From contig CAINLW010000057.1 in assembly GCA_903850545.1 (NCBI GenBank), forward strand, positions 1 to 44,450: a DNA stretch of 44,450 nt, given 5' to 3'. The notes under the pieces were generated by a model. The model had not been told where the DNA came from and ran no database searches. It was given only the letters and a program-made list of their open reading frames with translations. The translations under genes were made by a program, and so were the position numbers. Below, piece after piece: positions 34,468 through 42,384 of this stretch. The DNA comes from an uncultured bacterium. Lineage in GTDB: Bacteria > Patescibacteriota > Minisyncoccia > Phycocordibacterales > GWA1-40-21. Positions within the stretch are counted from its first letter, which is position 1. Each line of letters opens with the position of its first letter.

Positions 34468-34474
34468 AATATAA

Positions 34475-35482
34475 CTATTTTTCCATGCTTTTTAGAACTT
34501 CCATATATAAATCTTCCACGATTTTTTCTTGTATTTTGCCGGATTTTGCATAATGATCAAGACCTGGTGCAGAATTTATTTCGAGAACCCAATATTTGTC
34601 GGGTTTGTTTGTAATATCATCATTAATCATTAAATCAACTCCGCATAATCTAAGTCCCATATCTTTTGTAAGTTTTATAGCAATGTTTTTAAATTCTGGA
34701 TGAACTGTACTTGTTATATCAATTGAATCTCCGCCAGTTGAAAGATTTGCATTATCAAGTAGATAAACTTTCTGTTCTTTCTCTAAGATAGAATTAAAAT
34801 TTAACTTTTGATGATGTAGTTTATCGCTAATACGTGAATCGTTTATTTTTATACGAGTATCGCGACTAGAGGCAATAAATTTGCTTTGTTTTTTCTTTAA
34901 GAGTGCAAAAATAGTTGATTTTCCATCACCTGTTACACTTAGTGGTACTCTCTCATATGCAGAAATAAGTTTTTTATCGAGAATGACCAGACGATAATCT
35001 TTTCCTTTTAAAGCTTTTTGTATCAAACCAATACGGTCACGTTTAAATATGAATCGCATAGCTCTATAAAATTCAACTTTATTATGTACAAGAAATACAC
35101 CTATTCCCTGACTACCACTGTTTGGTTTTACTATTACAGGAAGACCAATTTTTTTAGCATATTGCCAACCTGCGTCAATATTTCTTTTAGAACCTATGGC
35201 TTTGCACCATGAATTTGAAAAGAAAGTTTTACTTCCTGGAACTATGGGATATCCCATTTGCCTCATAAAATAATTTGCATAATCTTTATCTTTTGCAATT
35301 TCTGAAGAACCTAAGGGGTTTAGGTCTAAACTGGAGTATCTAAAATATCTTTTTTTATCATTTTCAAAAATAATTTGGCCAACGATATTCCAATTTGGTT
35401 CCAATATGACTCGCGCACCAATTCTTGGTGCGATTTTCTTTAATATTTTTCCCAAAAGGGGTGTAATTTCTTTCTTTTTCAT
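34475..35482 (-). CDS. Stand-alone ATP-grasp protein resembling the ATP-grasp (G) domain of cyanophycin synthetase
   Basis: IAKDKDYANYFMRQMGYPIVPG, GLPVIVKPNSGSQGIGV, GKDYRLVILDKKLISAYERVPLSVTGDGKSTI, NLSTGGDSIDITSTVHPEF, GLRLCGVDLMI and LEINSAPGLDHY follow the CphA ATP-grasp blocks as I recall them. No Mur-ligase-like domain is attached. Confidence 0.7.
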   Translation of the reverse strand: MKKKEITPLLGKILKKIAPRIGARVILEPNWNIVGQIIFENDKKRYFRYSSLDLNPLGSSEIAKDKDYANYFMRQMGYPIVPGSKTFFSNSWCKAIGSKRNIDAGWQYAKKIGLPVIVKPNSGSQGIGVFLVHNKVEFYRAMRFIFKRDRIGLIQKALKGKDYRLVILDKKLISAYERVPLSVTGDGKSTIFALLKKKQSKFIASSRDTRIKINDSRISDKLHHQKLNFNSILEKEQKVYLLDNANLSTGGDSIDITSTVHPEFKNIAIKLTKDMGLRLCGVDLMINDDITNKPDKYWVLEINSAPGLDHYAKSGKIQEKIVEDLYMEVLKSMEK

Positions 35483-35525
35483 TTTTTTTACTATATTATA
35501 ATAATGTTACAATTAACGATAAGTT

Positions 35526-35981
35526 ATGATTCTATCAAAAAAACTAAAATCACTTTTATCAAAATGTAATACATTAATAACATATCAACCACTATCTGAT
35601 GAAGTGGATGTTGCAACTATACCACTTTTAAAAGATTTGTTTACAGATGTTATGTGTTTACCAAATGATAAAAATTCAGACTATTTATATTGGGCTAATT
35701 TCTGTAGGAAAAAATATGTAAATAAATTTGTATGTGTCTTGGTTCCTGGCCAGACGTTTGATATTTTTGGAACGCGCCATGGACGAGGAAGGGGATGGTA
35801 TGATCGTTTTTTATCTAGTATTCCTAAAAATTGGATTAGGATTGGTGTTGCACAGAAATCACAATTTTCAGTTTCAAAAATAACAAAGGAACCATGGGAT
35901 GAATCTGTCGATTGGGTTATTGTAAAAAATGGTTCAACGTTTGATATTTATGAGACAAAAAACTCAAAAAACCATCAATAA
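35526..35981 (+). CDS. 5-formyltetrahydrofolate cyclo-ligase family protein (short)
   Basis: ITYQPLSDEVDV and VLVPGQTFDIFGTRHGRGRGWYDRFL match the 5-FCL signature (PG.AFD..G.R.G.G.G.YDR.L). Confidence 0.7.
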   Translation: MILSKKLKSLLSKCNTLITYQPLSDEVDVATIPLLKDLFTDVMCLPNDKNSDYLYWANFCRKKYVNKFVCVLVPGQTFDIFGTRHGRGRGWYDRFLSSIPKNWIRIGVAQKSQFSVSKITKEPWDESVDWVIVKNGSTFDIYETKNSKNHQ

Positions 35982-36089
35982 ATGTGGTTAATAAATACAA
36001 CTATACTAAAACGGTTTAGTTTGGTAGACTAAAAATAACAACAAAATACAGGAACCTTAGTTTCATTATAAATGTTGTTTAATACAATA

Positions 36090-36962
36090 ATGATGAAAAT
36101 ATTAGATGGAGAAAAAGTTCGTGATTTTATTGCGAGCAAGATAAAAAAAGAATTAATAAAACAAGGAATAAAGCCGAAACTTGTTATTCTTCGTGTTGGA
36201 ACTGACGAAAGATCTTCTGTTTACGTAAAACAAAAAAAGATTTTTGGTGAAAGATTGGGTTTTGAAGTCGAATATATTCAGCTCGATAATCCAAAAGGCG
36301 ATATAGAAGTTTTTGAAAATGATATAATTTCAAGAATCGAATCTTTTAATTCAGACCGGTCAGTAAACGGAATTATTGTTCAAATGCCTTTACCAGGAAA
36401 CGTTAATTCAGTAAAAATTATTGAAGCAATAAGTCCAGAAAAAGATGTTGATGGACTAAATTCAAAAAATCTAAAGTTTCTTATTGAAGGTTTGGTTAGT
36501 CAAAACAAAGGATTTGTTCCAGCAACTACAAAAGGTATAATTTCATTACTGGATTATTACAAAATATCGATAGAAGGAAAAAAAGTCGTAATGATTGGCA
36601 GATCTCTTCTTGTAGGTAGGCCGACAGCTCTTGCTTTATTGAATAGACACGCGACAGTAACAATTTGTCACACTAAAACCAAAAATTTAAAAAAAGAGGC
36701 GAAAAGTGCTGACATTATTGTTGTTGCGATTGGAGAACCCAATTTTATTAACAAGGGTTTTGTAAAAAAAGGACAAGTAATAATAGATGTAGGGATAACG
36801 AAGATTGGTGACAATTTATTTGGTGACGTTGATTTTAAAAAGGTTTCTGGTGTTGTAAAAGCGATTTCACCTGTACCTGGAGGCGTTGGCCCGATGACAG
36901 TGGTGTCACTTTTTGACAATTTATTAATTGCATATAAGAGACAGAACAAGAATATGTTATAA
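36090..36962 (+). CDS. folD: Bifunctional methylenetetrahydrofolate dehydrogenase/cyclohydrolase
   Basis: KILDGEKVRDF..., SSVYVKQKKIFGERLG, VNGIIVQMPLP, VDGLN, VVMIGRSLLVGRPTALAL, TICHTKT and PVPGGVGPMTV. The track ORF starts at 36072; the Met pair at 36090/36093 is the more typical start. Confidence 0.93.
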   Translation: MMKILDGEKVRDFIASKIKKELIKQGIKPKLVILRVGTDERSSVYVKQKKIFGERLGFEVEYIQLDNPKGDIEVFENDIISRIESFNSDRSVNGIIVQMPLPGNVNSVKIIEAISPEKDVDGLNSKNLKFLIEGLVSQNKGFVPATTKGIISLLDYYKISIEGKKVVMIGRSLLVGRPTALALLNRHATVTICHTKTKNLKKEAKSADIIVVAIGEPNFINKGFVKKGQVIIDVGITKIGDNLFGDVDFKKVSGVVKAISPVPGGVGPMTVVSLFDNLLIAYKRQNKNML

Positions 36963-36968
36963 TGAAAA

Positions 36969-36996
36969 AGTATAAGTATTTAGTATAAGTATAAGG
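36969..36996 (+). repeat. GTAT-rich post-stop element, copy i
   Basis: AGTATAAGTATTTAGTATAAGTATAAGG starts 7 nt after the folD TAA. Confidence 0.7.
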
Positions 36997-37041
36997 AAAG
37001 CAAGTCGAATTAAATTATTAGAAATTAATTTTTGAAAAAAA

Positions 37042-37833
37042 ATGGAAGAAAACAAAGGGTGTTGTGAAGGTGGTTGTGCAGGAATGAAGTGTTGTCATGG
37101 ACACAAAAAAGTTTTTGCAATTATTTTGATAATTGCTTTAATTTTTGTTTTTGTAAAAGTTTGTGATAACAATGAAAGTAAAGACGTTTCAAAAGATACA
37201 ATCGTTGTGAGTGGAAAAGGGGAATTGACAGTGAAGCCAGACATAGCAACGCTTTCTTTTTCAGTTATGGAAGAAAATATGGATGTAGCAAAAGCATCTG
37301 ATGCAGTAAATACAAAAATTACTAAAATAATTGAAGGTTTGAAGACTAATGGAGTTGATGAAAAAGATATAAAAACTACTGGATATAATATTTATCCAAG
37401 ATATGATTACTTAACTACACAGACGTATCCTTATAGTGGAAAACAGGTACTTGCTGGATATGATGTAACACAAAGTATAAGTTTAAAGATCAGAGATCTT
37501 ACAAAAGCAGGAAAAGTGGTTACAGATTTGGGGACATTGAATGTTACTGATATGAGCGGTTTAACTTTTACAAATGACAAATATGACGATTTGTTAAAAG
37601 AAGCAAGAGATCAAGCCATAGTTCAAGCAAGAAGTGAAGCAAAAAAACTTGCGAAAGCTTTAGGAGTAAAACTTGTTAAAATTGTCGGATATTCAGAAGG
37701 TAGCACCCCAATATATTATGACAGAATGATGAGTGCAGCTCCAACTGCAATGGGTAAGAGTGTAGAAGCAATATTACCAACAGGAGAAAATAAAATTACT
37801 TCGAATATTAGTATTACGTACGAAATTAGATAA
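37042..37833 (+). CDS. SIMPL (DUF541) domain protein with Cys/His-rich N-terminus and TM anchor
   Basis: GELTVKPDIATLSFSV...GYDVTQSISLKIRDL...ARDQAIVQARSEAKKLAKALGVKL is typical of SIMPL. The N-terminus is MEENKGCCEGGCAGMKCCHGHKK, followed by a TM helix. Confidence 0.8.
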   Translation: MEENKGCCEGGCAGMKCCHGHKKVFAIILIIALIFVFVKVCDNNESKDVSKDTIVVSGKGELTVKPDIATLSFSVMEENMDVAKASDAVNTKITKIIEGLKTNGVDEKDIKTTGYNIYPRYDYLTTQTYPYSGKQVLAGYDVTQSISLKIRDLTKAGKVVTDLGTLNVTDMSGLTFTNDKYDDLLKEARDQAIVQARSEAKKLAKALGVKLVKIVGYSEGSTPIYYDRMMSAAPTAMGKSVEAILPTGENKITSNISITYEIR

Positions 37834-37851
37834 TTTTTAACAAAAAATTAT

Positions 37852-37895
37852 AAAAGCAATAGGGCTAGCACGCAGTGCCAGCCCTATTGCTTTTT
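37852..37895 (+). terminator. Intrinsic terminator after the SIMPL gene
   Basis: AAAAGCAATAGGGCT...AGCCCTATTGCTTTT with an inner GCAC/GTGC extension, then a T-run. A second short hairpin CCCCCGTCGGGGG+TTTT lies at 37927-37943. Confidence 0.85.
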
Positions 37896-37980
37896 GGGGT
37901 TATTGTATGGTACAGTATTGAAGTAGCCCCCGTCGGGGGTTTTAAAATACAAATTTTAATAATTAATAAAGAAATTAATC

Positions 37981-38169
37981 ATGTCAAGATTATCAAACTA
38001 TATTTTAGAGACAAAAGAAGAGATGAAGCATGTTAGTTGGCCTACAACCAGACAAACATATTTATTTACTGCGCTTGTTATTGTTATCTCAATAGGCGTT
38101 GCTGTATATTTAGGATTCTTTGATTATTTATTTTCACTTGGATTAAAAAGTATTGTTGGCATTTATTAA
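37981..38169 (+). CDS. secE: Preprotein translocase subunit SecE
   Basis: 62 aa with ETKEEMKHVSWPTTRQTYLFTALVIVISIGVAVYLG (the KV.WP....... TM pattern). Conserved position upstream of nusG. Confidence 0.85.
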   Translation: MSRLSNYILETKEEMKHVSWPTTRQTYLFTALVIVISIGVAVYLGFFDYLFSLGLKSIVGIY

Positions 38170-38216
38170 TATAAATAAATTTCAATCTTATCACTTTTAA
38201 ATTTTAAACTAATCTT

Positions 38217-38762
38217 ATGGCAAAACAAACAATAGAAGGGGGAAGACATTGGTACGCGATACACACATATGCTGGATATGAAAATGCTGTCGCAAGAAAT
38301 CTCAAACAAAGAATAGAGTCTTTAAATATGGCAAATTTTATTTTTAATGTTGTCGTTCCAGTTGAGAAGAAAATTAAAATAAAGGGAAACAAGAGAGTAG
38401 AACAGGACGAAAAAATATATCCAGGGTACATTTTGGTTGATATGATAGTAAACGATGAATCGTGGTTTGTTGTCAGAAATACTCCAAGAGTTACAGGATT
38501 CGTTGGAACAGGTGTTCATCCTGTACCACTTACAGAAAAGGAAGTCGAATTTTTCCTAGGTAAAATGGATATAAACAAAGTCACTCATGCCGTAGATTTT
38601 GTCATCGGTGATACGGTAAAAATAGTTGACGGTCCCTTCAAAGATCTCGAGGGTAAAATAAACGAAATTGACGGTGAAAAGGGAAAAGCAAGAGTAATGG
38701 TTCTTATGTTTGGAAGAGAAACATCGGTAGAACTTGATTTATTACAAATCAGAAAAGCATAG
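38217..38762 (+). CDS. nusG: Transcription termination/antitermination factor NusG
   Basis: NGN domain HWYAIHTYAGYENAVARNL and KOW motif GDTVKIVDGPFKDLEGKINEID. Confidence 0.93.
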   Translation: MAKQTIEGGRHWYAIHTYAGYENAVARNLKQRIESLNMANFIFNVVVPVEKKIKIKGNKRVEQDEKIYPGYILVDMIVNDESWFVVRNTPRVTGFVGTGVHPVPLTEKEVEFFLGKMDINKVTHAVDFVIGDTVKIVDGPFKDLEGKINEIDGEKGKARVMVLMFGRETSVELDLLQIRKA

Positions 38763-38767
38763 TTTTA

Positions 38768-38905
38768 ACCCCAGTGAAATAAGTATTGGGAATTAAATTG
38801 CATTATGTGTTTGCGTGTGATATAAATGTTTACAGCCTCTATTTTATCAAGTATTTCACAGGGTGATGATTTTTATAGTCATTTCACTCCTTAAAAATCA
38901 ATCAA
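38768..38905 (+). promoter_or_regulatory. Conserved leader, rplK copy, with a putative promoter inside the long P3 loop
   Basis: ACCCCAGTGAAAT (38768-80) ... ATTTCACAGGG (38853-63). P4 GATGATTTTTA (38864-74) pairs with TAAAAATCAATC (38892-903), 2 nt before the ATG. Inside the loop: TTGCAT (38798-803), 17-nt spacer, TGaTATAAA (38818-26). Confidence 0.45.
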
Positions 38906-39328
38906 ATGGCAAAAAAAATAATAAAAAAATTAAAACTTCAGATTCCAGCAGGTAAAGCTACACCAGCTCCACCTATAGGTCCAGCTTTGGGTCAGGCGGG
39001 TATAAACATCGGAGACTTCGTCAACAAGTTTAATACCGCTACGAAGGCTCAAATAGGCGACACTCTTCCAGTAATCATTACAGTTTATGAAGATAGGTCA
39101 TATGATTTTGTTTTAAAAACCCCACCAACAGCCGGAATGATATTGAAAGCTATAGGTGTGGAAAAAGGTTCTGGTAAACCAAATACAGTAAAAGTTGGAA
39201 CTATCACAAAAGCCCAAGTAAAAGAAATTGCACAGAAAAAAATGATTGATATGAATGCAAATGATATCAATGCCGCCATGAAAATGGTAGAAGGAGCTGC
39301 AAGATCAATGGGGGTAGAAGTTAAATAA
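38906..39328 (+). CDS. rplK: 50S ribosomal protein L11
   Basis: [26 protein letters not shown] signature; 140 aa. Confidence 0.96.
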   Translation: MAKKIIKKLKLQIPAGKATPAPPIGPALGQAGINIGDFVNKFNTATKAQIGDTLPVIITVYEDRSYDFVLKTPPTAGMILKAIGVEKGSGKPNTVKVGTITKAQVKEIAQKKMIDMNANDINAAMKMVEGAARSMGVEVK

Positions 39329-39332
39329 TAAA

Positions 39333-39358
39333 AAAGATGTGCTTAAAGGCACATCTTT
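39333..39358. terminator. Intrinsic terminator directly after rplK
   Basis: AAAGATGTGC-ttaaag-GCACATCTTT followed by TGTTTTT. An A-run upstream makes it potentially bidirectional. Confidence 0.8.
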
Positions 39359-39363
39359 TGTTT

Positions 39364-39447
39364 TTAACTTCTACCGGTCGGAGGTTGACGAACCGAGACG
39401 TGCCCAGGCAACTTTTTAGCAAAAAAGTATGCGTGGGTAGATGTTAA
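39364..39447. other. 84-nt locally GC-rich segment closed by a 12-nt inverted repeat (candidate small RNA, MITE-like insert or relic)
   Basis: TTAACTTCTACC (39364-75) and GGTAGATGTTAA (39436-47) are complementary at 11 of 12 positions. The left arm is also the perfect complement of GGTAGAAGTTAA in the last rplK codons (39313-24). The segment lies between two terminators. Confidence 0.35.
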
Positions 39448-39470
39448 ATAGTTATAAAGTAAATACTAAA

Positions 39471-39510
39471 AAATCAAAAAACGACTCGTCCTTGAGTCGT
39501 TTTTTGATTT
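39471..39510. terminator. Bidirectional intrinsic terminator downstream of folA
   Basis: 17-bp perfect stem AAATCAAAAAACGACTC / GAGTCGTTTTTTGATTT with loop GTCCTT. It abuts the folA stop codon at 39511-13. Confidence 0.8.
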
Positions 39511-40002
39511 TTATTTTTCCAAAATAAGAAATTTATAAGTATGAGGAAATTTTTCTGTTGAAGGCATATTTTCACACGAAATAATTTTTGTGAACATACT
39601 GTAATCGGGGAAGAGAACATTTCCATCAGCTTCGGCATCGATAAGGGTTATGTATAATCTATCAGTTAAATTTATTGCTTGTTTATAGATTTGTCCTCCA
39701 CCAATTATAAAAATCTGCTCGTCAATATCAGAGGCTTTTTTAATAGCTTCTTCAAGTGAAGAACAGACAACACATCCCTCTATTTTAAGCTCGGGATTTC
39801 TTGTTATGACAATATTTATCCTATTGGAAAGGGGTTTATTGCCTATAGACTCAAAAGTTTTTCTTCCCATAATTATAGGGTGTCCAGTTGTTATCTCTTT
39901 AAATCTTTTTAAATCGCCTGGAACTCCTTTCCAAACAAGGTCATTATTTTTGCCGATAATTCTGTCTTTTCCAAAAGCTACGATTATGTTAATTTTTTTC
40001 AT
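39511..40002 (-). CDS. folA: Dihydrofolate reductase
   Basis: IIVAFGKDRIIGKNNDLVW, DLKRFKEITTGHPIIMGRKTFESIG, NIVITR and IFIIGGGQIYKQ blocks. Confidence 0.92.
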   Translation of the reverse strand: MKKINIIVAFGKDRIIGKNNDLVWKGVPGDLKRFKEITTGHPIIMGRKTFESIGNKPLSNRINIVITRNPELKIEGCVVCSSLEEAIKKASDIDEQIFIIGGGQIYKQAINLTDRLYITLIDAEADGNVLFPDYSMFTKIISCENMPSTEKFPHTYKFLILEK

Positions 40003-40173
40003 TTCAATATATATTTTACGTTAATCCCTATTAAAAACAAGTTAAAATCTCACCTGTATAATCTCGGGGTTGCATAAATGTAAATAATGTTGGTAATTTA
40101 TTGTTTTGTTTGCATTATGAATCATATAGATATATTATTTATATGCATTTAATAATTATATTTAACTTAATTT

Positions 40174-40704
40174 ATGAAAAACATAAACAAAATAGTTCCA
40201 AAACATAAGGATCTTATTCAAAAAATTAACGCGCACAGAACGCTTGGTCACAAAATAGTTTGTACTATAGGTTCGTGGGACATGCTTCATATTGGACACT
40301 TGAGATATCTTAACTCAGCAAAAGAAAAAGGCGATATTTTAGTTGTTGGAGTTGATAGCGATAGAGGAATAAAATCATATAAAGGACCATTGAGACCGGT
40401 AATTCCTGAAGGAGAGAGGATGGAAATGTTGTCTTATCAACATTGTATAGATTACATTACTTTAGTTGATGATGTTGATAAAAAAGGAAACTGGCAATAC
40501 GGGTTGATAAAAGATTTGCCAATAGATGTTTTTGTGGCTGTAGATGGTAATAGTTATTCTAAAGAACAAAAAGTTAATATAAAAAAACTATGTGGTAAAC
40601 TCGAAGTCATACCCAGACAGGCACTTTCTACTTCATCAACAGACATTGTTCAAAATGTTATCAAGATTCATTTGTTGGACCAACTCGGTAAACTTAAAAA
40701 ATAA
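40174..40704 (+). CDS. Cytidylyl/adenylyltransferase-family protein (RfaE domain II-like, HxGH nucleotidyltransferase)
   Basis: GSWDMLHIGHLRYLNSAKEKGDILVVGVDSDRGIKSYKGPLRPVIPEGERMEMLSYQHCIDYITLV matches G.FD..H.GH..YL..A...GD.L.VG..SD.S....KG..RP......R. Confidence 0.75.
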   Translation: MKNINKIVPKHKDLIQKINAHRTLGHKIVCTIGSWDMLHIGHLRYLNSAKEKGDILVVGVDSDRGIKSYKGPLRPVIPEGERMEMLSYQHCIDYITLVDDVDKKGNWQYGLIKDLPIDVFVAVDGNSYSKEQKVNIKKLCGKLEVIPRQALSTSSTDIVQNVIKIHLLDQLGKLKK

Positions 40705-40710
40705 ATATCT

Positions 40711-41550
40711 ATGGCAAAGAAAATTACACTTATCATTAATGTACCAGTTGTTCACAAAGGATTTTTGGATTTTCTAAATAAAAATAAAAAGAGTATATCG
40801 GATATTTTTATTATGGACCAGAAATTGGTTGAAAAGATGTCTGATTTACAAGCGGAGATATCCTCGATTGGATTTAAAGATTGTAAAAACTTTTTGAATT
40901 CTCTAGGAATTAAAAAAGTAAGTTTAATTAAAGAAAAAGATATAAAAAAATTTAAAGGAAAATCCGTTATGATGATCAATGATCAAGTTTCAAGAACTAT
41001 AAAAGAAAAATTTTTAGAAAACACTAATATTATATGGAAAGATGTTTTTTTGAGATGGGATAAAGATGCAGTTATAGCAGAACACTCTCTAGACGAAAAA
41101 ATTAGTTCCGAGACTACTGATGAAACTATGATTGGAGAGGCTTATAAAGAAGCTGGTAAAAGTACAGATTGGTGGAGGAGAGTTGGGGCTGTGTTGGTAA
41201 AAGATAAAAGAATTATTCTAAAAGCCTACAATAGGGCGATTCCGGATGATTATACTCCTTATCAAGTAGGAAACATAAGAGACTATGTTAAAGCAGGAGA
41301 AAAACAAGAACTAAGTCCAACCATTCATGCGGAACAAATAATAATTACCGAAGCAGCAAAAAAGGGGATATCTTTAGAAAATACCGAGCTCTATATTACT
41401 CATTTCCCGTGCCCAGTATGTGCAAAACTCATCCTTTTTTCAGGCATAAAAAAATGTTGTTTTGTTGAAGGCGCTTCGAATCTCAACGGAGAGAAAATGT
41501 TAAAATCTGCCGGGGTTGATTTATTAGCTGTAAAATACAAAAATAAATAA
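40711..41550 (+). CDS. dCMP deaminase (ComEB-like) with about 150-aa N-terminal extension of unknown function
   Basis: The C-terminal half has the zinc-deaminase motifs HAEQIIITEAA and THFPCPVCAKLI. The N-terminal half (KITLIINVPVVHKGFLDFL...) has no motif I can assign. Confidence 0.8.
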   Translation: MAKKITLIINVPVVHKGFLDFLNKNKKSISDIFIMDQKLVEKMSDLQAEISSIGFKDCKNFLNSLGIKKVSLIKEKDIKKFKGKSVMMINDQVSRTIKEKFLENTNIIWKDVFLRWDKDAVIAEHSLDEKISSETTDETMIGEAYKEAGKSTDWWRRVGAVLVKDKRIILKAYNRAIPDDYTPYQVGNIRDYVKAGEKQELSPTIHAEQIIITEAAKKGISLENTELYITHFPCPVCAKLILFSGIKKCCFVEGASNLNGEKMLKSAGVDLLAVKYKNK

Positions 41551-41551
41551 A

Positions 41552-42376
41552 ATGAGACAATACCTTGATTTATTGAAGGATGTTTTAGAAAATGGAAAAG
41601 GTAAAAGCGATCCTCAAGGTGTGGGAAGTATTGCTGTTTGTGGAAGAACCATGAGATTTGATTTATCAAATGGAGAAATTCCTTTAATGACTACAAAAAA
41701 AGTTTCTTTTAAATTTATCGCATACGAGCTTCTTTGGTTTTTGAGAGGAGAGACCAATATCCAATTTTTGAAAGATCACGGAGTAACCATATGGGATGAG
41801 TGGGCAACACCAGAGGTATGTAAGCAGATGAATTTACCTGTTGGTGATGTCGGGCGAATATATGGAGCACAGTGGAGACATTGGAAGACAACTGATGGAA
41901 AAGAAATTGATCAAATAACAAATCTAATTGAAGGATTAAAACAACATCCGGACTGGAGGAGACACATGGTAACAGCTTGGAATCCAGAAGACGTGGATAA
42001 AGTTTTTGTGGCCCCTTGTCACGGTATATTTAAATGTTTTGTTGCAGATGGAGAAATCTCCTTACATCTTTTTCAGAGAAGCGCGGATATTTTTCTTGGC
42101 GTTCCATATAATATTGCCTCATACTCTTTGTTGTTGTTGATGATAGCTCAAGTTACAGGTTTAAAACCAAAAGAATTTGTTCATACGATGTCAGACCTTC
42201 ATTTATATAACAATCATTTTGAACAGGCCAGGGAACAACTTAAAAGGGTCCCCAAAAAACTACCTAAGATTAAACTTAACCCAAATATAAAAAACATTTT
42301 CGATTTTAAATATGAGGATTTTACAATTACCGATTATGATGCTGATCCAAACATTAAAGCCGAAGTTGCGATTTAG
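41552..42376 (+). CDS. thyA: Thymidylate synthase (ThyA type)
   Basis: MRQYLDLLKDVLENG..., ELLWFLRGETN, AWNPEDVDKVFVAPCHGIFKCFV (catalytic Cys), FQRSADIFLGVPYNIASYSLL. Its start is 1 nt after the dCMP deaminase stop. Confidence 0.96.
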   Translation: MRQYLDLLKDVLENGKGKSDPQGVGSIAVCGRTMRFDLSNGEIPLMTTKKVSFKFIAYELLWFLRGETNIQFLKDHGVTIWDEWATPEVCKQMNLPVGDVGRIYGAQWRHWKTTDGKEIDQITNLIEGLKQHPDWRRHMVTAWNPEDVDKVFVAPCHGIFKCFVADGEISLHLFQRSADIFLGVPYNIASYSLLLLMIAQVTGLKPKEFVHTMSDLHLYNNHFEQAREQLKRVPKKLPKIKLNPNIKNIFDFKYEDFTITDYDADPNIKAEVAI

Positions 42377-42384
42377 TTTCTAAA

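Noticed and set aside
37896-37980. A tRNA or rpmG gene upstream of secE, as found in many bacteria.
   Set aside because: The spacer is under 90 nt, is mostly a short CCCCCGTCGGGGG hairpin plus AT-rich sequence, and has no cloverleaf or L33-like ORF.
39376-39434. The minus-strand GCCTGGGCA resembles, from memory, the 3' conserved stretch of the ZTP (pfl) riboswitch, and folate genes are nearby.
   Set aside because: I could not find the 5' subdomain or a pseudoknot partner. On the minus strand the segment lies downstream of the folA terminator, with no gene to regulate.
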